DNA of 62,048 nt from Pirellulales bacterium (GCA_046092585.1 JBJTDZ010000141.1:1-62048), one strand, 5' to 3'; shown: positions 48,601 through 61,883, counted from the first letter of the stretch. A program made the numbers and translations. Notes: generated by a model not told the origin, from the sequence alone.

Positions 48601-50013
48601 GCCGGCCGCGGCCAGCGCGGCGGCGGTGCCTGCCCGGGCCGCGAGCGACGTGGGATCGTCGGTGAGGATGCGCCGATTCACGTCGAGCTGGGCGTCGTAT
48701 TCGTCGAGCTGGGCATGACACTGGCCGAGGTACAGGTCGACCTGTCGGACGAGTTCCGGGGAGCCGATCACGACGGGCCGCACGGCCTCCAACTTCGTTT
48801 TCGCCTCGGCCCACTTCCGTTGTCCGACCAGGAGCCGTCCCTCCAGCAGACCCACCGCGGGACTGCTGACGCCGTAGAGTTCCTTGATCCTGGCAATCGT
48901 CTGGCCGACATCCTCGAACTTGCCCTGCTGGAGGAGGGCGTCGGCCAGCATGAGGAGCAACGACGCCTTGCCCGGAAACCGCTCGATGCCCTCGAGCAGC
49001 ACGAGTTCGGCCGCCGCCGGATTCGCCTTCTGGAGTTCGATGGCGGCCAGGCCGCGGTAGCCGCGTTCGTCGCCGGGAAACGTCTTCACCGCGTTGGACG
49101 CGAGCGATTCCGCGGCGGCCAGGTCACGGCGGGCGAGGGCCAGTTCGAATCGGGCGAAGACCGCGTTGGGGTCGTCGGGGGCGAGCTCGATGGCCTTGGC
49201 CACCTCCCGCTCGGCGGCCTCGTACTCGCCCCGCTGGCGATGCCAGCTGCTGATGGCCAGCCATGCCTGCGGATCACCCGCGTACGTTTCGAGCATGCGG
49301 TCGAGCACGAGTGTCGCGGCTGCAGGGTCCTCGAGTTTCTCCTGCAGAATGGCCGCAAGGATGATGTAGGCCTCGGTCGGCCCCGTGCGCTTCGTGTCGG
49401 GGTCGAACCGCCGGCCATCGAGATCGAAGCCGACCATGGCCGCAACGCGGCGGCCCGCCTCGGGCACGTCGCCGGCGGCGAGGTACGATCGCGCCGCGAG
49501 CAGGTCGACCGTCTCGAGCGTCAGCGGGCGACTGCCGGCGGCGGGTTCGTCACCGCCGACTTCCGACGCGGGCCCGGCTTCTCCGGAGGCGAGGCGCTCG
49601 CGCAACACTTCGAGGTGCTCGCGGGCGTCGATGGCCCGACCGATGCGGAGTTGGAACTCGGCAAGTCGGCGACGGAGTTCGTCGTCGTCGGGGTTGCGGC
49701 GGACGGCGGTCTCGAGCGTGTTGTACGCCTTGGCCACGTCGTTGCGGGTCGCATCGGGGGCCTCGGCTTGGGCCAGCATCAGCCGTGCGTACTCGGCGAA
49801 CGCCGCATGATCGTCGGGCCGCAGTCCGAGGTAGCGGCCGAAGAGCATGAGCGCCTCGGCCGGCTTGCCCTCGTCGAGCCGTATCTTCGCGAGCTTCGCG
49901 AGGCTGCCGGCGTTTCGCGACACCTGAAAGCGGCGCAGCAAGACGGTCCCCCCGATGACACCGATCGCCACGGCGATCAGGATCACCAGGGGCTTGAGAT
50001 TGATCCGTTTCAC
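45628..50013 (-). CDS. Giant N-terminally anchored TPR protein (1461 aa) containing an apparently inverted 35-codon segment
   Basis: N-terminal TM, many TPR motifs, C-terminal NNLAFHLA..LLDTRG. Residues about 1182-1216 read like antisense sequence (see findings). Confidence 0.88.
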   Translation of the reverse strand: MKRINLKPLVILIAVAIGVIGGTVLLRRFQVSRNAGSLAKLAKIRLDEGKPAEALMLFGRYLGLRPDDHAAFAEYARLMLAQAEAPDATRNDVAKAYNTLETAVRRNPDDDELRRRLAEFQLRIGRAIDAREHLEVLRERLASGEAGPASEVGGDEPAAGSRPLTLETVDLLAARSYLAAGDVPEAGRRVAAMVGFDLDGRRFDPDTKRTGPTEAYIILAAILQEKLEDPAAATLVLDRMLETYAGDPQAWLAISSWHRQRGEYEAAEREVAKAIELAPDDPNAVFARFELALARRDLAAAESLASNAVKTFPGDERGYRGLAAIELQKANPAAAELVLLEGIERFPGKASLLLMLADALLQQGKFEDVGQTIARIKELYGVSSPAVGLLEGRLLVGQRKWAEAKTKLEAVRPVVIGSPELVRQVDLYLGQCHAQLDEYDAQLDVNRRILTDDPTSLAARAGTAAALAAAGKISEALAEFESLAAALPPDQLAAVPQVWYPLLQLRMQTQASLPAADRDWDKVDALLDILQQSAEVTPTQLLLLRADSLVRKGERDTARELLQTTADREPDPQVWSALATLVLRTDGPDAATDLLAKAPPTVADTPPVLVVRAQAAARRPEAAAGETLADIEAMAASLPPDQAAETLSTIAGVALAAGQTETATRIWTSVAALQPDEIRPHEALLELAVARGDLEAAKAAAAGVARASGAGSARARAAEAGVLIFEVRKSAAQRQASGEDVSALSAEERRRLDEARNLLIEAENDRPGWNQLQVLSAEIEGLKGNVSGAIERLKKAVALGPASPALTRRLVSLLYASNRLEEARLAMETLGVEGEQGLERLNAEAELRAGKFDDAVALAERSVERDSSNPDDLLWLGQLLARSGKNDRAADVLTRATDVAPERSDAWVALFSQQVAMGRNPLAARSLARAAELMPEPKRQLTLAQGYEMLGRPDEAEEAFREAVRVAPGNLESSRGLAAFLVRCGRLGPARETLDAMIASTDDSAAARGERAWARRMMAEMIAERGTFRDMQRAMQLLQENVDDTRQMSVEDTLLLIKLLTSRPEPASWKQAIATLEELSRKQPLSIGQRIMLAQLHEKVGAWDDCRNELVAVVAGPNVPPAYIAMLVEKMLDHGEVSSARPWLARLQKASPDSAITIALEAKFAIAQQDRKLAAEAARKLGQHLVGGLGEAELLHQPGDGVELRRLVASHDAPRHQLAERSADGVVARADFLGRQGRIDEALDLLDAHWNAIPLERLLTSAMQIVRCHETPATVAPRVEAWIAKGRRIDPGSVVLRLLEAELRSLEGNPDAAEAIYRDLLASAELDGTQKAIVSNNLAFHLAKPATVGEARTLIDRAIDELGPLPDLLDTRGMVLLAAGDARDAVTDLQEAVLQATDVKFLHLAWAQLQAGDESAARRSLDAGRRKGLAISRLSPADRKILGDLEAALGVAEPKPLPPQG
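46356..46480. repeat. Perfect 10-bp inverted repeat flanking a 105-bp segment (candidate invertible element)
   Basis: CCGCAAGCTG (46356-46365) and CAGCTTGCGG (46471-46480) are exact reverse complements; the inner 105 nt is open in both orientations. Confidence 0.85.
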
Positions 50014-50345
50014 TGGATGGTTCGCTCCGCATCGGCCCGCGGCGGCGGCGTCGCAGACCGACGGTACCCCCGTCCCGAGGTTTCCCAGTCTACCAGCGTC
50101 GTGGGCCCGGCGGCCACGAGCCCGATCACGGCCCGGACCCTTCGGGGCCGAGGGGGGAAGCGTTTTCCCCAGACCACCGGGCTTCACGCATGGCGGATCC
50201 GGCAAAGATCGCGGAGAGAAGAGGTCGATAGAAACGATGGCGCCGACTGTTCCGGTCGGGTTGGCTCTGCGGTCGAGGCCGCGGCGATCCCGGCCGATGG
50301 TGGGAGGCCCGACAGGTCTCGATGTCCCCGGCGAGGAATGCTCCC

Positions 50346-51356
50346 ATGTCGACGATCGTGACGGTGCAGCCTGCGGCGCCCCGCCGCCTCTCGATCCGCC
50401 CGTGGACGGCGGTGGCGGCATGGGGAGTGATCCTGGCCACGGGGGCGGCCGCGGCGTTGGCCTCGCCGCCGAAGCACGGGGCCGCCGGCTCGTCGCGCCG
50501 CCCCGTCGTCGATCGGGCCGTCATGCCCGCGGGAGGCGGAGGTCACGGCTCGTGCGGGCCGGGCGGGTGCTGCCACGATCACGCGAGACACCACCGCGAC
50601 TGTCGCAACGGTGCCTGCGCCCCCCACTGTCCGGTGCGGCCAAGCACGTTCGGATTTTACGGCACCCAGTGGCGGCGTTGGCCCGGGCAGGGCGTCGTGC
50701 CCGTGTCCAGCGAGCAGGCCGTGACGCCCGCCGCGCCGCCACGTCTGGAGGTTCCCCGCGCCGAGGAGGAGTCGCCCGGGGCCGGGCCCGCCGAACTTCC
50801 GATCCCGGAGCTTCCGGCCGTGCCCGAGCCGGCCATCGAGCAGCCTTCGGCTCCCGCGCGGGATGGTTCCGAGACGCCCATGGAGCCGGAGCCGACGCAA
50901 CTGCCCGTCGCCCCGGAGCCCGACGCAGCACCGGACGAACAGTCGCCCGCACCACCGGAGCCCGAGGTCACGACGCCGATGGCCGAGGAGGAGCCCGCGG
51001 CCGTCGAGCCGCCGCGGGAACTCCCGCAGGCTGACGAACCGGCCAAGCCCGCCGAGCCGGCTCCCCGGCCCGAAGACGAAAACCTCTTCGACGAGTCGGC
51101 GGCGTCGAAGGTTCTGCGGCGAATCCCCATCGCGACGGCGGACCACGGTGCGGCCATCGGCCGGCCGGCGATCCGTCCCACCGCCCATGCAGACCGTGTT
51201 CCGGCAGACCATGCTCCGGCAGCGGTCACCCCCGAGGCCAAGCCCGCCACATCCTCCCCGGCTGCAACGGTGCGTCGCGGCTGGCTCGCGGTGCCGCGTG
51301 TCGCGTTCGACCCGGAGACCGAGACCGCCCGACTCGAAGCGGCCGGCCCGCGTTGA
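50346..51356 (+). CDS. Exported Cys/His-rich plus Pro/Glu-rich hypothetical protein
   Basis: Signal-like hydrophobic stretch, CGPGGCCHDHARHHRDCRNGACAPHCP, GFYGTQWRRWP, long P/E tail. Confidence 0.7.
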   Translation: MSTIVTVQPAAPRRLSIRPWTAVAAWGVILATGAAAALASPPKHGAAGSSRRPVVDRAVMPAGGGGHGSCGPGGCCHDHARHHRDCRNGACAPHCPVRPSTFGFYGTQWRRWPGQGVVPVSSEQAVTPAAPPRLEVPRAEEESPGAGPAELPIPELPAVPEPAIEQPSAPARDGSETPMEPEPTQLPVAPEPDAAPDEQSPAPPEPEVTTPMAEEEPAAVEPPRELPQADEPAKPAEPAPRPEDENLFDESAASKVLRRIPIATADHGAAIGRPAIRPTAHADRVPADHAPAAVTPEAKPATSSPAATVRRGWLAVPRVAFDPETETARLEAAGPR

Positions 51357-51363
51357 ACCGGAC

Positions 51364-51445
51364 TGCGAGAGGCGGGAGTCGAACCCGCACGCCTTGCGGC
51401 ACTGGAACCTAAATCCAGCGCGTCTGCCAGTTTCGCCACTCTCGC
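51364..51445 (-). tRNA. tRNA-Leu (TAG), CCA not encoded
   Basis: Reverse complement GCGAGAGTGGCGAAACTGGCAGACGCGCTGGATTTAGGTTCCAGTGCCGCAAGGCGTGCGGGTTCGACTCCCGCCTCTCGCA: anticodon TAG, long variable arm. Confidence 0.96.
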
Positions 51446-51478
51446 GTCGGCGGCACGAGGCCGTCGCACGAGCGAAGT

Positions 51479-53011
51479 CTACCTCGCCGCGCCAGCCGAC
51501 CGATCCGCATCACGCGACGGCCCGGCGACCGTGTCGAGGAGCCGGTCCAGGTTGCCCTGACCGTCGGGGCCGCTCGTGGGCCACGACGCCACCAGCATCT
51601 CCTGCAGCGGCGTGTCGGGGGCGGCCACGCCCTGGACACCGAACCTGATCTCCAAGCGTCGCACCTGGTGTGCCGCGCCGTGGCGGGCATTCCAGTCGCG
51701 GGCGAGCGCCGCCGCCGCGGCGGGGCCGAAGATGCGGACGTGCGCCCGAGGCAGCACCCAAAAGAACTTGTGCCAGCGGTGGTGGGCCAGCGATGAGAAA
51801 CCTCCCGCGGGCCGGTCGCGTTGGAAGGGCCGGCCGTTCCGCAGCAGGTCGACCACGGAGCCGTCGATGAGCTCCGCGCGTCCGTAGACCCACTGCTCCT
51901 GCGGCGGCACGGCACCGAACATGGCCCACTCCTGCACGAGACACAGGGCGTGGGCCGCGATCATCAGCGGCCGCGGCGGCCGCGTGCTTCGCCACGGGCC
52001 GAAGATCTGCAGAAAACTCGCCAGGGCGATCGCCAGCGCCGTTGCGCAGGCCCACGCTGCCGGCCCGCGCAGGCTGGCCACCCGCGGCGGGACTGCGACA
52101 ACGCCCGTCGCGCGATCCCAGAATTGGGCAGGGAGCAGGGGCAGCCAGGCCGCGATGCCGATGGCGGCGAACAGCCCCACCGACATCGTCACCCAGATCG
52201 CGAGATGAAAGGCCATGAAGGCGAGCGCGGTGAGCATCCGCACCCGTGGCGTGGGCCGGAGCACCAGCAGGATCGGTGCGCCGAGTTCGGCGAACACCAC
52301 CGACCATGTCAGCGGCCGTGCCAGCCAGTCGGCCCTGGCCAGCGCCTCGCCGAGCCAGGTGCCGTGGTCGTGCACCGAGAGGGCGTGGGCCATTGCCGCG
52401 CCGGAAAACCACGTGGCGTTGCACTTCGAGAGGCCCGCTCCGAGGTAGACCGCCACGACCTCCAGCACGAGCGCCGCGGAGGCGACGGAGCGCACGACCG
52501 TCGGAGGCGCGGCGGCGAGCGATGCCCTGCCGCGGCGCCACGCATCGACCGACCAGACCGCCCCGAGCGGCAGGAACATCGACCAGAAGACGAGGCAGGC
52601 CAGCCAGGCATCGCCGGCGTTGGTAGCCGGCGACGTGCGGCGGATCACGCTGACCAGGGCGACCCAGGCCACGGCCGTCGCCAGCCGCGTGCCGACGCCC
52701 ACGGCGAGGCAGCCGCCCGCGACGCCCTCCGCCGCGAGCACGCAGCCGCCCCACCAGGCGGAGTCGTCGAGCAGGGCGAGCGACCAGAGAAACGGATCAC
52801 CGTGAAACTGCCGCAGCAGATCGGGTGGAAAGATGCCATCGGGCGTGAACATCAGCCCAAAGTCGCGGGTGCGCAGCAGGCAGTCGGCGACGAGAATCAG
52901 CCCGATCGCCACCCGAAAGGCCGCGAGGCTGCGGACGTCGAGCGTGAACGCACGGCTGCCCAGATCACGGAGGGCGGGCAGGATGCCGCGGGCCGGCTGG
53001 GGCGTATCCAT
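51479..53011 (-). CDS. HTTM-domain membrane protein
   Basis: DVRSLAAFRVAIG, FLPLGAVWSVD, VYLGAGLSK..W..G.A, FHL.I..VGLF, QEWAMF. Confidence 0.85.
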   Translation of the reverse strand: MDTPQPARGILPALRDLGSRAFTLDVRSLAAFRVAIGLILVADCLLRTRDFGLMFTPDGIFPPDLLRQFHGDPFLWSLALLDDSAWWGGCVLAAEGVAGGCLAVGVGTRLATAVAWVALVSVIRRTSPATNAGDAWLACLVFWSMFLPLGAVWSVDAWRRGRASLAAAPPTVVRSVASAALVLEVVAVYLGAGLSKCNATWFSGAAMAHALSVHDHGTWLGEALARADWLARPLTWSVVFAELGAPILLVLRPTPRVRMLTALAFMAFHLAIWVTMSVGLFAAIGIAAWLPLLPAQFWDRATGVVAVPPRVASLRGPAAWACATALAIALASFLQIFGPWRSTRPPRPLMIAAHALCLVQEWAMFGAVPPQEQWVYGRAELIDGSVVDLLRNGRPFQRDRPAGGFSSLAHHRWHKFFWVLPRAHVRIFGPAAAAALARDWNARHGAAHQVRRLEIRFGVQGVAAPDTPLQEMLVASWPTSGPDGQGNLDRLLDTVAGPSRDADRSAGAAR

Positions 53012-53155
53012 GGGCGAGCCGCCGGTGTTTCTTGTCCGAACGCAGTGCCGAAACTACAACATCGCGTCCCCGCGGGACGAGTCCAGATTCGTGCCGTAGG
53101 GCCCCGCCGTGCCGCCCCGGCCGTCGCGGGCCTGACCCGACCGAGGAGATTCGAA

Positions 53156-54583
53156 ATGCACGTTCCGCTGGTGGTGCTCGGTGGTGGTCCGGGTGGCTAT
53201 GCCGCCGCCTTCCTGGCTGCCGACCTGGGGATGCAGGTGGCGCTGGTCGACCGCGACGAGCGGCTCGGCGGCACCTGCCTGCTGCGGGGCTGCATCCCGT
53301 CGAAGGCGCTCTTGCACGTGGGGCGGGTGCTTTCGGAGGCTCGGGAGATGGAGGAGTGGGGCATCCATTTCACGAAGCCCACGATCGATGTCGCCGCGGT
53401 TCGGGCCCGCAAAGACAAGGTGATTTCGGCGCTCACCGGCGGCCTCGGCCAGCTGGCACGGCGGCGGAACGTGACGGTGGTACACGGGGCCGCCCGGTTC
53501 GTGAACTCGAACACCCTTGAGGTCGCCCCCGCGGCTCCGGGCGGGGCCAGCCAGCGGATCACATTCGATCACTGCATCCTCGCCAGCGGCTCGCGGCCGG
53601 CGAAGATTCCGGCGTTCGACATCGGCAGTCCGCGGGTGATGGATTCCACGGGAGCCCTCGAACTGGCCGACGTGCCCGAGTCGCTGCTGGTGGTCGGCGG
53701 CGGCTACATCGGGCTGGAGATGGGCACGGTCTACGCCGAACTCGGTTCGCAGGTGTCGGTCGTGGAACTCACCGACACGCTCCTGCCGGGGGCGGATCGC
53801 GATCTCGTGAGGCCGCTGCAGAAGCGTCTGGAAGGATTGTTCGAGGCGATCCTGCTGCGCACGAAGGTCGTGAAGATCGAAGACACCGGGCGGTCGGTGC
53901 GGGTCACGTTCGAAGGGCCCGAGGGACAGGCCGTGAAGGAGTTTTCCCGGGTACTGGTCGCCGTCGGCCGTCGGCCCAACTCCGACAACCTCGGGCTCGA
54001 GACCACGAAGGTGGCGGTCGATGCCAAGGGCTTCGTCGAGGTCGACGGCCAGCAGCGAACCGCCGACCCCCGCATTCTCGCGATCGGCGACGTGTGCGGC
54101 GAGCCGATGCTCGCCCATCGGGCGAGCCACCAGGGCAAGGTGGCCGTCGAGGCCCTGCACGGGGAAGCAGCCCTGTTCGCGCCGCGGGCGATTCCCGCCG
54201 TGGTGTTCACCGATCCCGAGATCGCGTGGGCCGGGCTCACGGAAAACGAGGTGGCCGCCACGGGGCGGGCCGTCGAGATCAGCCGTTACCCGTGGGCGGC
54301 CAGCGGTCGGGCCCACGCGCTGGGGCGGACGGATGGCCTCACGAAAATCCTCGTCGATCCCGAGACCGATACCGTGCTGGGCGTCGGCATCGTGGGCCCC
54401 GGGGCGGGCGAACTGATCGCCGAGGGCGTGCTGGCGATCGAGATGGGCTGCTCGGCCCGAGACCTGATGGAGGCGATCCACCCCCATCCGACGCTCGGCG
54501 AGACGATGGCCTTCAGCGCCGAAAACTATTTCGGCGTCGCGACCGAGATCTACCGCCCGCGGAGCGACGCCGCCGCACGATAA
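53156..54583 (+). CDS. lpdA: Dihydrolipoamide dehydrogenase (E3)
   Basis: GGGPGGY, GGTCLLRGCIPSK, GGGYIGLE, HPHPTLGE; GAGGAG RBS. Confidence 0.97.
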   Translation: MHVPLVVLGGGPGGYAAAFLAADLGMQVALVDRDERLGGTCLLRGCIPSKALLHVGRVLSEAREMEEWGIHFTKPTIDVAAVRARKDKVISALTGGLGQLARRRNVTVVHGAARFVNSNTLEVAPAAPGGASQRITFDHCILASGSRPAKIPAFDIGSPRVMDSTGALELADVPESLLVVGGGYIGLEMGTVYAELGSQVSVVELTDTLLPGADRDLVRPLQKRLEGLFEAILLRTKVVKIEDTGRSVRVTFEGPEGQAVKEFSRVLVAVGRRPNSDNLGLETTKVAVDAKGFVEVDGQQRTADPRILAIGDVCGEPMLAHRASHQGKVAVEALHGEAALFAPRAIPAVVFTDPEIAWAGLTENEVAATGRAVEISRYPWAASGRAHALGRTDGLTKILVDPETDTVLGVGIVGPGAGELIAEGVLAIEMGCSARDLMEAIHPHPTLGETMAFSAENYFGVATEIYRPRSDAAAR

Positions 54584-54717
54584 CCGTTTCGACAGGCCGG
54601 TTCCGGGCGGTCGGACGCGGGCAGGGACGTGGTTCCGGGGGTGGGCGAACCGGCCTAGACTCCCCCGGTCCAGCCGGAATAATCTGAAAAGTCCCTCCTT
54701 TTTCGCCGGAGTCCCGC

Positions 54718-57546
54718 ATGGCCAACCCCGACATCGACCATTCCGCCGCCGCGGCCGCCGAAGACGTCCTCGGCGGGGGCTCCGCTCCGCTCCCCCGCGG
54801 CGCCCACGCCCCGATGTCGATCGGGCAGATGAGCGACAGCGCTTCCGGCCAGCCGGAGGTGGTCGACGGCGTGTCGGCCGTCGACTCCGACCCCACCGAG
54901 ACCCGGGAGTGGCTCGACTCGCTGCGATACGTGATCAACAGCCGCGGCGGCGATCGAGCCGCCTACCTGCTCCACGCCATCGAGCAGGAGGCGTATCGCC
55001 TGGGCGTCGAGATCCCTTTTTCGGCGACCACGCCCTACATCAATACGATCCCGCTCGACAAGCAGCCGCCCTTCCCCGGCAACCGGGAGATCGAGCGGCG
55101 GATCAAGAGCATCATCCGCTGGAACGCGATGGCGATGGTGGTGCGGGCCAACCGCGAAGACAAGAGCATCGGCGGCCACATCTCCACGTTCGCCTCCTCG
55201 GCCACGCTCGTCGAAGTGGCGATGAACCACTTCATCCGCGGCCGCAGTGACGACTACTCCGGGGACCAGGTCTATTTTCAGGGCCACGCCTCTCCCGGCA
55301 TCTACTCCCGCGCCTTTCTCGAGGGGCGGATCACCGAGAAGCAGCTGGAAAACTTCCGCCGCGAGCTGGCCGACGGCGGCGGTCTCTCCAGCTACCCGCA
55401 TCCCTGGCTGATGCCCGGCTTCTGGGAGTTTCCCACGGTCTCGATGGGGCTCGGGCCGATCATGTCGATCTACCAGGCCCGGTTCAACAAGTACCTGCAG
55501 GATCGCGGGATCAAGGACACCAGCCGCCAGCACGTCTGGTGCTTCATCGGTGACGGCGAGACCGACGAGCCCGAGACGCTCGGGGCGATCTCGCTCGCCG
55601 CCCGCGAAAAGCTCGACAACCTGGTGTTCGTGATCAACTGCAACCTCCAGCGGCTCGACGGCCCCGTTCGCGGCAACGGCAAGATCATCCAGGAACTCGA
55701 GGGCGTGTTCCGCGGCGCCGGCTGGAACGTGGTCAAGGTCATCTGGGGCGACGAGTGGGATCCGCTCCTCGACAAGGACGACGAGGGGCTGCTCGTCAAG
55801 CGGATGAACGAGGTGGTCGACGGCCAGTACCAGAAGTACGTGGTCATGCCGGGCGGCTACATCCGCGAGCACTTCTTCGGAGCCGATCCGCAGCTTCTGG
55901 AGATGGTGGCCCATCTCTCCGACGAGAAGCTGAAGAAGCTCCGTCGCGGCGGCCACGACCCCGAGAAGGTCTATGCCGCCTACGCCGCGGCGATGAAGTG
56001 CCACGGCAAGCCGACGGTGATCATCGCCAAGACGATCAAGGGCTACGGCCTCGGCGAGGTGGGCGAGGGCCGCAACGTCACCCACCAGCAGAAGAAGCTC
56101 AACGAGGACGAACTACGGGCGTTTCGCTCCCGGTTCGGGATCCCGATTTCCGACGACGAGGTGGCGAAGGCGCCCTTCTACCGGCCGCCCGAGGATTCGG
56201 AGGAGATGCGGTATCTCCGCGAGCGGCGCCAGGCCCTCGGCGGCTACGTGCCGAGCCGGCCGCTCGAGTCGCCGCGGCTCGAGACGCCGAAGCTCGACGA
56301 CTACCGCTCCTTCATCGAGAAGAGCGCCGGCCGCGAGGTGTCCACGACCACGGGTGTGGTCACGCTGATGGCGTCGCTTCTCAAGGACAAGCACGTGGGC
56401 CGCTACATCGTGCCGATCGTGCCCGACGAGTCGCGGACGTTCGGCATGGATCCGCTCTTCAAGCAGTGCGGCATCTACGCGCACACGGGCCAGCTCTACG
56501 AGCCGGTCGACTCCGACCAGCTCCTCTACTATCGCGAGGCCAAGGACGGCCAGATCCTCGAGGAAGGGATCACCGAGGCCGGGAGCATGTCGAGCTTCGT
56601 CGCCGCGGGCACGGCGTACGCCAGCCACGGCGTGCCGATGATCCCGATGTTCATCTACTACTCCATGTTCGGCTTCCAGCGGATCGGCGACCTGATCTGG
56701 GCCGCCTGCGACTGCCGGGCCCGGGGATTTCTCCTCGGCGGCACCGCCGGCCGCACCACGCTCAATGGCGAGGGGCTGCAGCACCAGGACGGTCACAGCC
56801 AGTTGTTCGCGATGGCCTATCCGACCGTGAAGGCGTACGACCCGGCGTTCGTCTACGAGGCGACCGTGATCATGCTCGACGGGCTCGAGCGGATGTATGC
56901 CAAGGGCGAGGACTGGATCTACTACCTCACCGTCTACAACGAAAACTTCGAGATGCCGTCGATGCCGGCCGGCTGCGAGGAGGGCATCCTCAAGGGGATG
57001 TATCGCCTCCACGACGTGGCGGCGAGGAGCAAGCCCGTGGCTGCCGGCCTGCCGCGGGTGAACCTCTTCGGCTCGGGCACGATCCTCCGCGAGGTGATGC
57101 GGGCGGCCGACCTCCTCGCCGAGCACTGGGGCGTGGCCAGCAGTGTCTGGAGCGTGACGAGCTGGAAGGAGTTGCGGCGGGAGGCCCAGGAGTGCCGCCG
57201 CTGGAACATGCTGCATCCCGAGGCTGCTCCGCGGGTGAGTTACCTCGAGCATCAACTCGGGGGCACCGACGGCGTGTACGTGGCCGCCAGCGACCATGTG
57301 CGGGCCGTGCCCGAGCAGCTCGACCCTTGGTTTTCCGGCGGGCTGTTCGTGCTCGGCACCGACGGCTTCGGCCGCAGCGAGCTGCGGCCGAAGCTCCGGC
57401 GCCACTTCGAGGTCGATGCCGAATGCATCGCGGTCGGCGCGCTTTCGCGGCTCGCTGCCGCCGGTGCCATCGGCAAGCATGTCGTCGCGGAGGCGATCAC
57501 CCGTCTCGGTGTCGATCCCGACAAGGTCGACGCCGCGTCGGCCTGA
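54718..57546 (+). CDS. aceE: Pyruvate dehydrogenase E1, homodimeric type
   Basis: DPTETREW, GGHIST, QGHASPG, PTVSMGLG, GDGETDEPE, EGLQHQDG, LGTDGFGRS. Start may be later (e.g. 54829). Confidence 0.97.
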   Translation: MANPDIDHSAAAAAEDVLGGGSAPLPRGAHAPMSIGQMSDSASGQPEVVDGVSAVDSDPTETREWLDSLRYVINSRGGDRAAYLLHAIEQEAYRLGVEIPFSATTPYINTIPLDKQPPFPGNREIERRIKSIIRWNAMAMVVRANREDKSIGGHISTFASSATLVEVAMNHFIRGRSDDYSGDQVYFQGHASPGIYSRAFLEGRITEKQLENFRRELADGGGLSSYPHPWLMPGFWEFPTVSMGLGPIMSIYQARFNKYLQDRGIKDTSRQHVWCFIGDGETDEPETLGAISLAAREKLDNLVFVINCNLQRLDGPVRGNGKIIQELEGVFRGAGWNVVKVIWGDEWDPLLDKDDEGLLVKRMNEVVDGQYQKYVVMPGGYIREHFFGADPQLLEMVAHLSDEKLKKLRRGGHDPEKVYAAYAAAMKCHGKPTVIIAKTIKGYGLGEVGEGRNVTHQQKKLNEDELRAFRSRFGIPISDDEVAKAPFYRPPEDSEEMRYLRERRQALGGYVPSRPLESPRLETPKLDDYRSFIEKSAGREVSTTTGVVTLMASLLKDKHVGRYIVPIVPDESRTFGMDPLFKQCGIYAHTGQLYEPVDSDQLLYYREAKDGQILEEGITEAGSMSSFVAAGTAYASHGVPMIPMFIYYSMFGFQRIGDLIWAACDCRARGFLLGGTAGRTTLNGEGLQHQDGHSQLFAMAYPTVKAYDPAFVYEATVIMLDGLERMYAKGEDWIYYLTVYNENFEMPSMPAGCEEGILKGMYRLHDVAARSKPVAAGLPRVNLFGSGTILREVMRAADLLAEHWGVASSVWSVTSWKELRREAQECRRWNMLHPEAAPRVSYLEHQLGGTDGVYVAASDHVRAVPEQLDPWFSGGLFVLGTDGFGRSELRPKLRRHFEVDAECIAVGALSRLAAAGAIGKHVVAEAITRLGVDPDKVDAASA

Positions 57547-57624
57547 TCGGCAGGCCGGGCGTGCCGGCCTCTCCCTGCAAGTTTTTCCCACCAGCCCTTC
57601 CCTGAAGCCCCGCGGATCCCATTC

Positions 57625-58925
57625 ATGGCCACCGAGTTCAAGCTGCCCGATCTGGGCGAAAACATCGCCTCGGGCGACGTCGTCACCGTGTTTGTGGCGG
57701 AGGGCGACGTGGTCAAGCCCGGCCAGGCGTTGCTCGAAGTCGAGACCGACAAGGCCGTGATCGAGGTGCCCTGTCCGCCGGGGGGCGTGGTGACGAAGGT
57801 GCTCGTCAAGAAGGGCGACACCGTGAAGGTGGGCCAGACGCTGGTGGTGCTCGACGCCCCCGGCAGTGCGCCCGCGAAGCCCGCCGCTCCTGCCGCCGCC
57901 CCGGCAGCTGCGAAGCCGGCCGCTGCGACGGCCGCTCCCGCCCCCAAGGCAGCGGTCGCCGCGCCGCCCGCACCCGCGCCGGCTCCCGTCGCCGCGGCAG
58001 TGGTCGCGGAGCCCCCGGTCGTTGCGGCCACCGCCGCGGTGGAGCCGGCCGGCCCGGCGGTGCGTCGGCTGGCGCGGGAACTCGGTGTCGATCTGGCCCG
58101 GGTGAAGGGCTCCGGGCCGGCGGGCCGCATCGTGCGGGAGGACGTCATCGCCGCGGTGCGGCATGCCAGCGCGACTCCGGCGGGGCGTTCGCGGCCGGAG
58201 TCGACGTCCACGGAGCGGGACGACTGGGGCCCGATCCGCCGGGAGCAGATGTCGCGGATGCGGAAGACGATCGCCGTCAACATGGTCCGCAGCGTGCAGA
58301 CCATTCCGCACCTCACCAACTTCGACGACGCTGACGTCACGGAACTCGAGGCCCTGCGGAAGGCGAGCGCGCCTGAATACGCCAAGAACAACCTCAAGCT
58401 CACGGCCCTGGCCTTCGTGATCAAGGCGGTGAGCCTCTCGCTGCGGCAGCATCCGGTGGTCAACGCCACCATCGACATGGAGAAGGGCGAGGTCGTCTAC
58501 AAGGATTACGTGAACATCGGCCTGGCGGTCGACACGCCGCGGGGCCTGGTGGTGCCGGTGCTCCGTGACTGCGATCAGATGTCGATTCCGCAGGTCGCCC
58601 AGGCGATCGCCGACACGGCCGAGAAGGCCAAGAGCGCCCAGTACGGCATCGACGATCTTCGCGGCGGCACCTTCACGATCAGCAACCTCGGCGCCGTGGG
58701 CGGCGTCTACTCCACGCCCATCATCAACTGGCCTGAGGTTGCTATCCTGCTCCTGGGCCGGTCGCGGAAGATGCCGGTCGTGCACGACGACCGCGTCGAG
58801 TCGCGGCTCATGATGCCGCTGTCGCTCTCCTACGACCATCGCATCATCGACGGTGCCGCGGCCGCGCGGTTCCTCAACGAGGTGATCGGCTACCTGGAGA
58901 GTCCGGGCCGGCTGCTTCTGGCCAT

Positions 58926-58929
<4 letters not shown>
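57625..58929 (+). CDS. aceF: Dihydrolipoamide acyltransferase (E2), single lipoyl domain
   Basis: ETDKA lipoyl site, Ala/Pro linker, E3-binding PAVRRLARE, GGTFTISN, DHRIIDG. Confidence 0.9.

Positions 58930-61883
<2,954 letters not shown>

Noticed and set aside
50014..50421. N-terminal extensions in the ORF track (TPR gene to 50421; also fliW, lpdA, M32, nuoK, nuoM, MCP)
   Set aside because: They are low-complexity Arg/Pro/Gly text overlapping neighbouring genes; downstream starts fit the family N-termini better.
6049..51445. Genomic island bounded by the two tRNAs
   Set aside because: No duplicated tRNA 3' end was seen, the content is mostly core genes, and composition appears uniform.
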